DNA of 63,220 nt, counting the filler, from Phoronis australis (Eukaryota; Animalia; Phoronida), in assembly GCA_002633005.1 (NCBI GenBank). It is 10 parts of 10 records of this genome, joined end to end, with 100 filler letters (N's around TTAATTAATTAA, not from the genome) between each part and the next. Parts side by side here need not be neighbours in the genome. Positions count along the whole stretch, not along the records: positions 1 to 7,938 come from NMRA01001959.1; positions 8,039 to 13,226 come from NMRA01002400.1; 8 more parts are not named here. One strand, 5' to 3'. Positions 1 to 11,962 of this stretch are shown piece by piece. The first letter of the stretch is position 1; the number at the start of each line of letters is the position of its first letter. A model generated the notes under the pieces. The model did not search any database. It saw only the letters and a list, made by a program, of their open reading frames with translations, and was not told where the DNA came from. The position numbers and the translations under genes were made by a program.

Positions 1-641
1 GCAAAGGTGGGACATTTCAAAAAACCATTCTGATTCAAGTATTAGAGCCTGGTGCACACAGCATGGTATCTGAAATACAAATGAAATACATTTTTATAAT
101 TCCTAATCTATTTTCGTCTTAAAATACCGAATCTGGTTACATGTGGTGGTAATCTGACCGAATCTTTGTAAGATAATGCGCTAGTAGTGACTTACGAAAT
201 ACTGTAAATCTTACAGCAGCGGAACGGCCCTTGCCTACTGATGCACAGCATTGTGGGTAAATACCAGAGAATCTGAAAGGATGTTTCGATAGTCGGGAAT
301 TAGTGACTGTTCGTTGCGTCTACGCCTTTCCCATTCCGGGGTTAAGAAATATCATGGCGTTTTAAAAACGGTTACTTCCTGGCATTCCCCAGAGTATAAC
401 TCCCACATATCAATAATCGAACAAGCGACAAATGTGCTTTGACGCCATTTTGATTTTCTTGCAGCATTTGACACTAACCTCGCCTTCTGTCGATAACTTC
501 AACACGAGATCTGGTAAAGCTTTTCCTTGGAGGACCACGGAGGCCAGGTCGCGTGACCAATCGACCAATGCACTGGACTACCCCCGGTCTGCTCAATCAG
601 CTGCAGATGGTTTACTAGCTGTGCTGTTTCCTCGTGATCTG

Positions 642-854
642 GGTCCGTTTTATCAAAGATCGTAGTAAGACGATCGTAGCTTCAATTTTACTTTGTACTT
701 GAAGGCATTCGTTGAGTCTGAAAACAAAAAATGATCAAATTTACGCCAGTTGCAACGTTTTCATTCGCCTAAAACACAGTCGTCGCGTTTGCATTTATTG
801 AGATATGCGTACGACCGTGTAAGACCTAGTCCACGACCTTCGATACAAGGGCCC
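642..854. mobile_element. ~213-bp MITE, PIF/Harbinger-like
   Basis: Imperfect TIRs GGTCCGTTTTATCAAAGATCGT ... ACGACCTTCGATACAAGGGCCC, flanked on both sides by CTG (3-bp TSD-like). Confidence 0.55.
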
Positions 855-1313
855 CTGATATTTTAGATATATGTTAACATATTAGTAGATTCGCACAACC
901 TTGGGTAAGGTGTTATTATTTTTTCATGTTTGATTCAGTGTTAACGGTCATTGGTTTACGGACATTTGGAACAACAGAGAGCAGGTATTTTTGGCACGTG
1001 CCTTTGCTGGCCTCCAATTAACAATAACTTTATTCATTTGGTTTGAAAAATAAATCAAACTTCTCATAACTTTTTTTCTCAACAAAATTCAGTCGTTTTA
1101 TTTCGACGCAAACCTTTTTAAACATTCCATTATTGATTCAAACTCAACGCTATCTGCAGTGCGTCTGCCGCCTGTCAATTTATGTCTCTTCTCGTTACAA
1201 GACTGATTCAACGCTGTGTCCGTTACATAACTGGGCTAAGATCCGTAGAAGCAGGAATCTAGGGAAGGAATTTACTGTGATCACGCCCTTTGCTTGAAAT
1301 ACATGGCGCGATG

Positions 1314-1432
1314 CAGGGGCGGATACAGGATTTTGAGTTAGGGGGGGCAGGGCACGGGAATAACCAGAATTTCGACAGATGCGCGCCCCCAGCCTAAAAT
1401 GTGGGAACGNCCCCCCCTTAAATCTGCCACTG
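1314..1432. repeat. Short GC-rich MITE-like dispersed repeat (related copy at 60726-60873)
   Basis: CAGGGGCGGATACAGGATTTTGAGTTAGG ... AATCTGCCACTG; the same head CAGGGGCGTATCCAGGATTTTGAGTTAGG occurs at 60726 on another contig. Confidence 0.55.
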
Positions 1433-3579
1433 CGATCTGGCTTCGTGTGATCTTGCACTTTCGCGAGGCCCTCGCGTCTACGGAACGCACGCCTAATTTC
1501 TTGTTGTGGGAAAACCTGAAAATTGGTTTTTGCTAAAGGTCATGCTCGGACATAAAGTGACTTGCGCGAGTCTAGATTCCGTTTTAAAATTGAGTAATAA
1601 ATATCGGTGAGACAGTTTTTCAACTATATGTGGTCTAAGTCAAATGCTGTGCTTCAAAGCATTTTTAAGGAATCTTATTCGCGAAATGTCACCACAAGAA
1701 AAGTCAACCTGTTTTGCTAACTCCACTTCTACGTATGGTTTCGGATGTCAGATTTACACGACGTGTGCTACAGTTTGAAAATATTCGTAATTATACTAAT
1801 ATTATTTTGGATTGTTAGATGAAAATCTAGCATGAGTTTGAGACATGTCTCAATGCTAGTTTGTGAGGTGATGTAGAGTGTACTTGATCGTCTGTGATAG
1901 ATAGAAGTCTATAAATATTCTCTCGTGCAAATATAGAAGGTAGAGCTTGTGTGACAGATCCAATAGTTGGCACTTTCGATTGAAATTGAACTTTTCCCGG
2001 CTTTCTAATTCACTCTACGGAAGTACAGTTATTTTGTTTGCAGACCCGGGTGTTATACCTGTTCTTGTGTCACAAATGAGAAATTTGTCATAAAGAAGAA
2101 AGAAAAATGTTCTTCTATTGAATCAGCACATGTAAAATTTTTGCTCAATTGGGCTGTCTTAAATTAAACAATTTTGTCTGAAGCGCACAAAGGATCGTGC
2201 ATGGGTTTGTTTTTGATGTGCCGTCACGACACCTATTGGTATATCGGTATTTCAATTATAGTTACAATGTCATTGCGATTGGTCCTTCTTTATTTGTGCT
2301 GGATGTCAAATAAATAATGTGCTCGCAAGGATCTTTTTCGCTATATGTACATGTCTATGTATTGCTTTGAAACAAGACTCTAACTTTAATGTACACACCA
2401 CGCTTGTTGCATAAATTTAACCAGAAGGTCTAAAGCAGGTAGAAGAACGCAAGGGTCTTGGTCGGCGTTCCATTAGCTTGCACTTATGGAAAGAAAACAT
2501 TGTGTTCAATCACACAAGTCAACAACCCAACCTTCGCGACCAATCGCTTCAATGGCCAGTGCTTTGTAATAATAGGCTATTAAGCTCTCGAACAAATTCA
2601 TGAAACAATAGGGCCTTCCCGAATTACACGGCGATAGAACAAACATTTGTCCCGGAGATTAGAAAGCGCGTAACCTCGTTCTGGAAATCAGGCGACGGCT
2701 CCGCGTATCCAACATCCGGGACATCTAGTCAGTATGAGTAAACTTCTTGAAATTGTGACTGGAAAAAAATTCTATTTTATCTTTCATCTTGTTTACTTTT
2801 CATCAAATAGTTTCATTGTAGTATACGATCCGTGCATTTGATTAGAGAGAGAGAGGGCCATCCATAAAAAATCGCCCCGGGCATCACCTAACCTCTGCAC
2901 GCTGCTGCATACACTACAAGGACACACGTGTTGGTTTGAAAAACAGACTGCAACGACGAAAAATCATTTACAATACATTAACTTATAACTTCTATAATTT
3001 CATGTACCTGTTGTCACGCCAAGAAACAATTTTATTTCAAAATTTGCTCTTTTATCGAATCCCTTATAGTCCCGATCTCGGTCTTCAGATAATAATTTGG
3101 CTATGTTATATTGACCTTAAATTTGCCCGATTTTGGTCTAAGTTAGGACAGAAAAGATTTCATGAAACGGGCTCTTGGTCATATTTTAATATTATCACAC
3201 CCACCCTCCGGAAATCCATTTATTTAGACGGCCGGTTCCTAGTAGTCTACTGACGGCCGGAACGAAGATAAACCAATTCATGAAAGTCCTTAAAGATGTC
3301 TTTGTACATGTATGCTCCTAACTACGCTAATGTATTGCAGAAACTAGTCTAAACGACAACGCCATTTTAACATCATCTACGCTAAACTAATAGAAGTTGC
3401 ATTCATTGACAACTTGTGGATGTGAAAACAAAAAAATCTGCAAATGGGTGACATTTGCACTAATGACACACCTTGGGGGCCCACATAGCCTGCATCATGC
3501 AGTGTTATTCACCGACACCCTGACGTCACGATACTTATTGGACACGTTTGAGTGATTTAAGGCGGCGGGTGATTTTCGA

Positions 3580-3715
3580 CACAAAACTCGCTCTTAAAAA
3601 CATTTGGCAATTTCCAACGTACTTCATGTTCACACCGTCGCTATGTGTTGGGTTTCTAACTAATTTGACCAAGCAGTCACAGAGATAAGGAATAAGTGTG
3701 CAAGTTCCACTTTAA
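3580..3715 (+). repeat. Dispersed repeat, possibly the end of a TTAA-target (Kolobok-like) non-autonomous element; second copy 47162-47289
   Basis: CACAAAACTC..CATTTGGCAATTT..CAGAGATAAGGAAT.AGTG.GCAAGTTCCA is shared with 47162-47289; this copy ends ...CCACTTTAA. Confidence 0.5.
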
Positions 3716-3793
3716 GACTTAAGACAGAAATTTGGTCTACGCTCCCACACTAAGGGTAATACTTACTAAAATAATTTATATAAATCATGTCAG

Positions 3794-3879
3794 CATGGGC
3801 AGCGCGCCATAGATGGCTGGGGGGGGGGGAGGGGAGGGGGTGCATAACCCGCACTTATTTCAGTGCTGCACCGCCCATG
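3794..3879. mobile_element. ~80-bp MITE family with CATGGGCGGCG...CGCCGCCCATG TIRs (copy 1)
   Basis: TIRs visible, internal G-run; related copies at 5347-5426, 8599-8666 and 8670-8746. Confidence 0.6.
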
Positions 3880-5346
3880 TTAAGTCACTGAGTTTTGTGA
3901 ATAATGGCTTCGCACTTTTTCTTAAAGTCCTAGAAGCACACGTTTTTAACCCTTATTACATGGTTAGAAGACATTATAAGGAACCACGCAGTACTTATCC
4001 CATAACCAATACACAGTCCGTAGTCGAAGAATGTTTTCATAAACGCGTCTCTCACGATTCCAACCCGAAGATCACACCGCATTTTCATGCGCGTGCACCC
4101 AGCCTTCAATATGTGGGTGCTCGAATCCTTGATGTTGTGAACCATTTGCTAACAAAAAAGCCTACGGAGTAAAAAAAAATAACAAAAATAAAAAAAAAAA
4201 CGGGAACAGCTCTGTGAATTGCGCGTTTGCGCTTATTTAGAGGGCCTAGTCCCATTTTCTCGGACATTTTGTTTCTCAGGGGCGGACCTTTTTGCCCACT
4301 TCGCCAAATAGGGGGGAGGGGGGGGCTCCCCGCACTAACCGCGATGCCGGAAGTACATGTACAATTCATTCAGGAACCCAGGCTTACTATACGCCGTCTC
4401 TTGCGACTGGAGCAGTGTCTGTTCACTAGCCTGCAAACACGGATAAAATAATCGGTAGCGGACATCAACTTTAATAAAACAAAAATAGGGACAATTTGTA
4501 CTGAAAATGTTGACGAAATATGGCAAAATGAATTTTGACAGAAATTATTTTGTCGGGCTCGGACCTGCATCCGATGACCCGGTGCAGACCGCTCGACTGA
4601 GACCACTGACTCGCACTGTCAAAAGACGAAGGCATGCCGTCCCCGGCTGTTTTATCGGAATAAATGGTTCAAAGCATGAATGTCGTATATATACAAAGAT
4701 GGTTTCTTACAACTGTATAAAATTACGGACTATTACTGTCCTGCACCAACGATTGTATGACAACCGGGGCCCCGATGGGCGTATGAGGCTAGGCTAAGCG
4801 TGTTTTACTGGGTTTAATTAACTCTGGTAAACAAACAGTATAAACAGAACAACGAACATGCTACACCAAATTATCTGAATAAATCGCTATAAGCCCTACA
4901 GTTAGAATTTCCTGGCAGTTAAACTTGCGAAAATATGGAAACTAAATTTATACGCGACTAAAATTCGCTTTGGCCGGGTGGCTGACGAATACCATTTGGT
5001 GGCGAAATAACTTCAGGTAGAAAACTTGCCATGGTACCAAAGTGGTATAATATAAGTTTAAAGTAAAAAGAATAATTTCCACTTAGCCAAAAACATTCGT
5101 ACACGCTGCTAGCAGGCGGAGTCGGACCGCCTGGCCTGCCAGGCATGCGCCGGCGGACATCTTTGCTCCGCGGGGCAAGATGAACACATTAATTAGCTAC
5201 CGGGCCCTGAATGAGTGAAAAAATTACTGCGCCATACTCTTAACACTGCAATATATTCCCATCGCCGACATTCAGCTCATTGACTAAAATTCACTACACT
5301 CCCCTCCGCTCCGGTTTCCGGCGCAAAATTTTAAATTTAGACAACA

Positions 5347-5426
5347 CATGGGCGGCACAGGACTGAAAAAAGTGGGGGGGGGGGGCTAAAGCTCCCTCCC
5401 CAGCCCCCTATGGTGCGCCGCCCATG
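5347..5426. mobile_element. ~80-bp MITE, CATGGGCGGC TIR family (copy 2)
   Basis: CATGGGCGGCAC ... GTGCGCCGCCCATG with CTGAAAAAAGTGGGG core. Confidence 0.6.
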
Positions 5427-6149
5427 CAACAGAGGTATATATTGTAAGTTTGTATTTGTGGGGTTTGAAAATATATTTTCCCTGATAATTGAAAATCAAA
5501 GCCACTTTAACAAGTGAGTATCAATTCCCGGCGACTGCAGGCCGTTTACTGTGTCCTGCCAGCAAAATCAACTAGTACAGATGTGGAGCTCACTTGTTTG
5601 AGATAAAACTTGCTTTTTGTTTGTCGAAACATCGCCGTATGTGGATGTCTTTTTTCTATTTTACATTTTTAACGGCCAGTAAACGCGGTGCCGATTTGCT
5701 GCCAAGCACGGCGTACTGCGCTCACACGTCCGGGTAGTCACCGTGACACGGCAATTGCTCACTTCAGGCTGGTACTCTGCATAAATTTGAACTAGAACAT
5801 TTCAAGCAGGAGTGGAGGGCTTATAAACCATAATTAGTTACGATCTTCTGTAGCTCTGATACGTAGGCCCCGGCGAGTTTCGAAGAAGCACATCCGGTTA
5901 TGTTTTGATGTAATCAAAGATTTGGACAAGAATCGTGGATGATTAGTCAAAATGTGACGACCAAAGATGGGCACTCAAATAACCAAGGATGAGTTTATGC
6001 TTACGTACGCTGACCATTCGTGAAAAAACTTTAAGGGACGGAAAGGGGCGGTACGCAGTCCGAGATGGGCGCCAACAAGGTTACAAATGAACACCAACTA
6101 GGCCACAGGCGTAGCTGTGTTGATGTAACAGCATTGTTTAAAGAGTATT

Positions 6150-6880
6150 TTTTGACAAAGTCAGCACTGCTATTAACAGAGAGCTCATATTTTCGGAGTG
6201 GGATAGCTTTGGACCGTTGGTTTCCTGTTTGCTACGTAGGACACATCACGTATGCTCTGAGGAAGCCGTTCAGTCTAAAAGGAAATCAGAACTTCGGGCC
6301 AAATTACTCCTGGTCAATGGTTTCCCTAAAAACTTTATTGATTATCGTATCCGTCAACACCTGTTACACGTGAATGAGTCTTCTGAACTAAACCAGCCTG
6401 ATAATGAAGGATTTAAAAAAGCTTTGAGCTGGCCAGCCATATATTAATTGGAACGGAAAGGTAACGGTTAAAAAACAACGAAATACAACGTCGTGTACTT
6501 TTACAGGTATCTCGTACCATCTTCTGAACTGGTTTGGGTTTGTGGTACTCAGTAGTTGTCTCAATTTGCCACAAAGTTGAAGTGTAAAGCACCAACACTC
6601 AACAAGCAAAAATAAGACGACAAAACGGTTTTCTAACTCCAATCAAAGTTCACTGAGAAAGCAACCAATCAGAGATTGAGTAATGGTCAACGAGCGCGCC
6701 ACAGCGTCAAGATTTAGAACCGGATCGCATGACTTCCGACATGATCGATAGAGTACAAGGCGGATATTGTCCCTTGTGTATAGTAAATGGCAGGCATGTT
6801 CTAAAACAACCGAGATACGCACCCGTGCGTGAAACGGCCAGCTCTGTGTGGGCAACACTATAACTAGTTGTACTGTATCC
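6150..6880 (+). mobile_element. Degenerate Penelope-like retroelement fragment (RT thumb to GIY-YIG end)
   Basis: Translated remnants WDSFGP, LLRRTHHVCSEE...NGFPKNFIDYRI (PLE RT C-terminal pattern RAxxICS...NGYP) and HVLK...KRPALCGQ (LxVLE...PxLCxQ end of PLE GIY-YIG); many frameshifts. Confidence 0.55.
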
Positions 6881-7938
6881 CTTTGGTGAGCATTGCACGC
6901 ACATGTTCCTATAGCTAAGAGATATGATAGTCTGCACGGATAAATCTTTAGCATCCTTATAAGTTATACATGTAGTATTTTAGTCATCAAGTACTGTAGC
7001 ATAGTTACTTAACTGAGCGTACTCGAGCACAGGACGCGCTTTTTCACCCTGTTTTTCTATCACTTTAAACATATTGCGAGTTTCAGAGTTTAAAAACATT
7101 ACGCCAATAAGTAGAACAAAGAGTCCAAAGTGAAGATACACTCGAAACGCGTAACGACAGAATACAACGGGTGGCACTGAACAGTTAGGCTGTAGCCACA
7201 GGGCATTTTCTTGTCTAGGCTGTAGCCACAGGGCATTTTTTAGTGCTACAGGGCGTGTGTCAATTGGCGGGAGGCTTGAGGAACTTGTTGAAAAAAATTG
7301 CCAGGAAAGTGATTGACTTGTGTTTTTAAATGAGAAAAGCCAAGTTTTTTTAGCCGTGACCCACTTTCCATGCAAAATGGTGGCTGTCGCTTGCTTTCAA
7401 CCCCTGTGGCCTGCTGACTTCGAAAATGGGTGCGATTTCAGGTGGCTGTCAGGGACTAATTGCCGCCCGAAACTGGTAAGGGGCGTACTATGACCACATT
7501 TTTAGAATCTAAAGAGAACGAGCATTCTGAATCTGTTGTCAGATTTTTTCTAGCACTTGCAGAGAAGTAGTAAATTTGGGGAGAAAATTGTCAAATTTGG
7601 TGTTTTTTGGTCCTATTTTTGTGTGCCGGTATTTTTCCCCATGTGAATTAGCCGATTAAAAATCTGTAGCAGAATTAAGTTTCAGTTATCACGAGTAGTG
7701 CTTTTGAGTTGGGAACGCAATTTTTTTTTTTGTTTTTTCAGACTCTCGATAAGGACTTGGGATAAGGACTCACCTCCACTTGGGTGTGTGTCGGCAACCT
7801 GTAGTAAATGTAGATGTGCCCCCACGAGGAACCGGTAGGAGGTCTAACCGAAACCACCATTTGAATAATAGAGTCCAAACATACTGGCGTTACTATCAAT
7901 CAATAATTTACAACATTTAGGGTTTCGCCCACATGTAA

Positions 7939-8038
7939 NNNNNNNNNNNNNNNNNNNNNNNNNNNNNNNNNNNNNNNNNNNNTTAATTAATTAANNNNNN
8001 NNNNNNNNNNNNNNNNNNNNNNNNNNNNNNNNNNNNNN
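7939..8038. other. Artificial contig linker
   Basis: 44 N + TTAATTAATTAA (stops in all six frames) + 44 N. Confidence 0.97.
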
Positions 8039-8598
8039 AACGCCATTTTCACTGTTCTTTTGTCCACCTCAATTTCTTTTCCAAAAAGCTAACGTCACGG
8101 TCGTGTTAGCGTACTAGTGTGGAGTAAAAGTTTATGAAAACGCCAAGAAAATTGCGTTTTCGGTTATATTGGCGCACTCGTGTGAAAAGGAGAAGCGACC
8201 GATATGAAAACGATATGTGTAGATTTAATATTTTTTAAAAAGTCAAAGAAAAAGTTTGTGCTATTTAATTATGAAAACGCTTTCCTATGGACAGAGCGTC
8301 TACGAAATTTGACCCTGGGCTGACGGTACAATTACTTCATACAACTGCCGCTTGGTGGAAGGTCTGTATTCTTACAGGAAATCTCGCATTACATGTATAA
8401 GGGATCGTGCAACACAGCATCACGGACCACATACATGTAACACTGAATACCGCGGACCCGGCAGCAAGTGATAGCATGGGCAAATAGATTTTGATCACTG
8501 ATATGCAGTGCACTTTTTTAAACCACCATTCTGCAAACATGTGGCAAACACATCATCACTGGCATGTTTGATATTTCGTCAAGCGATACGTACCTGTA

Positions 8599-8746
8599 CA
8601 TGGACGGCGCATCACTGAAAAAAGTGGGGCTATAGCCCAGAGCCCCCCTCTGGCGAACCGTCCATAGACCATGGGTGGCGTAGCTCTGAAAAAATGGGGG
8701 GTTAGCTCCCCCCCCCTCCCCAGTCCCCTATGTTGCGCCGCCCATG
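8599..8746. mobile_element. Two adjacent copies of the ~80-bp CATGGGCGGC MITE
   Basis: 8599-8666 and 8670-8746, each with TIRs and the CTGAAAAAA(G)TGGGG core. Confidence 0.55.
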
Positions 8747-8892
8747 ATGTAGTAATGATTATGACAAGTACAACGTGTACGTAGCAGTCCCAGATTACGC
8801 CATGGTCCCGTCCATGGTAATGGACCTATTTGACTACAGTTTGTCATGTGTATTGCGGCGAATAAAAAGACATTTATCTAACACATTCTTAG

Positions 8893-9107
8893 AACAGTCA
8901 CGGATTATTGGAATTCCTACCGTTTTTCCAACAACGAATGGCCAAGAAAATTCTTTTGCGAAGTCCGGCGCTTGTGTAAATGTCCCTGCTATGATTTCGG
9001 GATCACCTAGGACGGGTTTTGCTGTCAGTGTAAAGCCCCTAAACATCCTGCCGGACGAAGATTCGATAGTCACTAAAGAAAACGAACAAAATGATTATCA
9101 GCGTTAA
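8893..9107 (+). CDS. Possible terminal coding exon of an unknown gene
   Basis: Acceptor CATTCTTAG, then an open phase-1 frame QSRIIGIPTVFPTT...KENEQNDYQR*; no recognisable domain and no upstream exon found. Confidence 0.15.
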
Positions 9108-10457
9108 TTGCGGTTAACTGAGGTGCATCGATTATTTGCACACGTTTATTGTAGTTGGGACACTGGCGGGAACAATTCCAGAACCCCCCGCCTCCGCCCA
9201 ATGAACCCCGCCCCGATGTCGTGCCGGGAAACGGTACGTCGTCTGATCACTTTTGGCGTGCAACTGTTGTATAGGTTGATGTTGAAGTAAATGGCTAAGT
9301 GTTTAAAAACATCAAGTCTTTGCAATGAACTTAAAAGTGCAACCCTATTGTATCGGAAGGACTTTTTGCGGAAATGCTACAAATGTAGTTTAAAATCGAG
9401 TTGATAGACCCATTGAAAATGAGGCTCACAAAGTTATCTCATGTACCTGCGCCAGAGCAGATCTTTTTCAAAAGTATTTGGGTAAAGCAAAAACGGGCGT
9501 AAAGCATCGTCGCCGTTCATAAGCTGCCCCAGCTCAGACTAATGGAGCAGACGAGACTTGTCCCTAATCCAGTTACGAGTACAAATTGACAAAGTATGAA
9601 TCACAAAACATTTGCGCATTCGAAACATGATGATAACTGCCACGCCCTCAAAAGGTCGCCGTGTGCCATCAAATATTGACATAAATAATTAGTTATGATT
9701 ATCAATGCCAGGCTAGCCATATCTCTGTTGATAGGCGTGTTGCTTGTGTAAAACTGCGTATGCTTACCTGTGATGTTGTCTTGAGGACTGTACGTGGACT
9801 TCGATAGTTTTATTTGAAACGGACAGACTGACGTCTGGGCTTTGGAACCCGAATGTTTAGGGAAGGCGTCCACACACATCTTAAAGGGAGCTCCCTTTTC
9901 GAAGCAGAAACCTACATAGGTGCAAAACAGAACACCAGGCAAAAGTCACCAATGTGTTTAAAATAGCACCATTTTAGAACTGAGATTACACACTGAGAAC
10001 TGAGACTGCTATAGGATGAACAGGGAGGTCGTTAAAGGTTATAGATAAGTATTTAGTCAAATACTTAAAAATCTGTTCAAATCAACTCTGTAAAAGTACA
10101 CATTTTCTGAAAGTAGAAAGCCTTTAAATTTTGATTATTGATTTTTACCTCTCAGCCATCATTCGGGAATTGGGTCAAGTGATCATGTCTTTTTAGTAGG
10201 CTAACCGATTTATCAAAAGTTACATTGATAACAAAACAGCCGTATCAATAAAACGGTGAGTTTTTATTGTGGTATAAATGTTCAACATAAAGTCTCAAAA
10301 ACGCTGTTACCTGTTTCTAAAATATGACTTCGCTTTGGTTTGGGGCAACTTAAGATTTTTCACGAGAATCCTAGAAGTCTTGATGCCAAAAAGGAACATG
10401 TTAGAACAAATTCCTAACAGGGTTTCGGAGAACAGTATAAAAGGCAAACTTTCAGAT

Positions 10458-11962
10458 CATTACCGCGTTTTCCCGTTGCTCCCAACTTGTTCGATTCTAT
10501 AGCCCAACAACAACTTGGGAAGAACACCCTTGTAGCCAATGTCTTACACGACTGATTAACTCCATTCTGGCATTGATGGTTGGAGGGTCAGCTCTCTTTT
10601 GTTCGATAAGGGCTCTAATCTCCAATAAGATCGTATCTACCCTGACTGGGCTGTGCCGTTAAAAATAAAAGTTATGTTTTAACATATTTGAACATAAACC
10701 AATAGCATTTCTGAATTTTTCGTCAAATGCTGATCATGTTTAGTTTTTAAATAGCTACAATCGCCCAACTACAACCGAACTTAAGACTATCTAGTCTTTC
10801 CCAACGTACCAATTCGCTCTGGGTTTGATTGTGTTAACAAGTGGTCTGTAATAAGCCTGTTAGAAAATTGGCCTCCCTGTTGTCATACCAGACATAAGAC
10901 TGTGCTTTGAAGTTAACAAAGAAGCTAGATGCTATCACACGCTCACACCCTTTACGTCTGGTAAAGTCACTGAGCGGGAGAACGCCGTCATTTGAATCCA
11001 ATCAACCCTTTCTGAAACTTGATGTCCCGAAGTGAGCCTATAATTTGGAATAGTTCTCTACGGTCCGCTAGAGGTCACCGTGGCAATTTACTTTAAGTTG
11101 ATATTTTGTATTCGGACTAAACTGCTTACCTTCACGAGCCATGTTGATCCCCTCTGTGCAAATTGATACCAAACATCGTAGACCGTTCTGTCAAAGGTCG
11201 CATATCATGTGGTAGCCAACACAGTCGTGGGCACGTTATTGCAAACACGACACCGCCTTTTATAAGAGTGAAAGGCCGTGACTTTAGGTTGACATTTTAT
11301 CGTATTTAGACTGAACGATTTACTTACTTCGGGCCACGTTAGTAAACTGTGTGCATCTCGAACTAGCACTCGAACACTGGTGGTGCCGATGGGATGGGCT
11401 ATTAGAATAACCCATTTACCGTGACAATACGATGATTATCTGTTAACCAGCAAGCAATGTTGTGTGCGTAAATGATTCCTCACAAAAACTACATGTTTTG
11501 GGAGAATTTAACCAGAACAGAAGGTTTATTCGTTGTATTGAATTCCAATAAACAATCCTGCAGTACGTATGTGTAATTATTACATCCGAGACAAGCCTAA
11601 CTACTAACCAACCAATCTGAACAATTGTGCTGCTAAGCTGATACTTTCGTAGAGTCCATAGCCCATAAAGCGAACCCTTTCAGAGAGAGTGAATTCGGAA
11701 AATTCAAGCTTCATAGGGAATCTGGCCATGAAAAAAGAAAAATAACAATTTAGTCGTTACGCCCTACCTACCAAACAGCACAATACGATCTTATTGGAGA
11801 TTAGAGCTATTATCGAACAAAAGAGAGCTGGCCCTCCAACCATAAATGCCAGAATGGATTTAATCAGTCGTGTAAGATATTGGCTACAGGGGTCATCTTC
11901 CCAACTTGTTGTTGGGCCTATAGAATCGAACAAGTTGGGAGCAACGGGAAAACGTCGTAATG
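10458..11962. mobile_element. ~1.5-kb non-autonomous element with ~180-bp terminal inverted repeats
   Basis: 10458-10636 is the near-identical reverse complement of 11783-11962 (e.g. CGTTTTCCCGTTGCTCCCAACTTGTTCGATTCTATAG); no coding capacity inside. Confidence 0.75.

Noticed and set aside
4961-5030. CTGACGA...GAAA hammerhead-like core
   Set aside because: Stem II closing pair is mismatched, and stems I and III cannot be formed.
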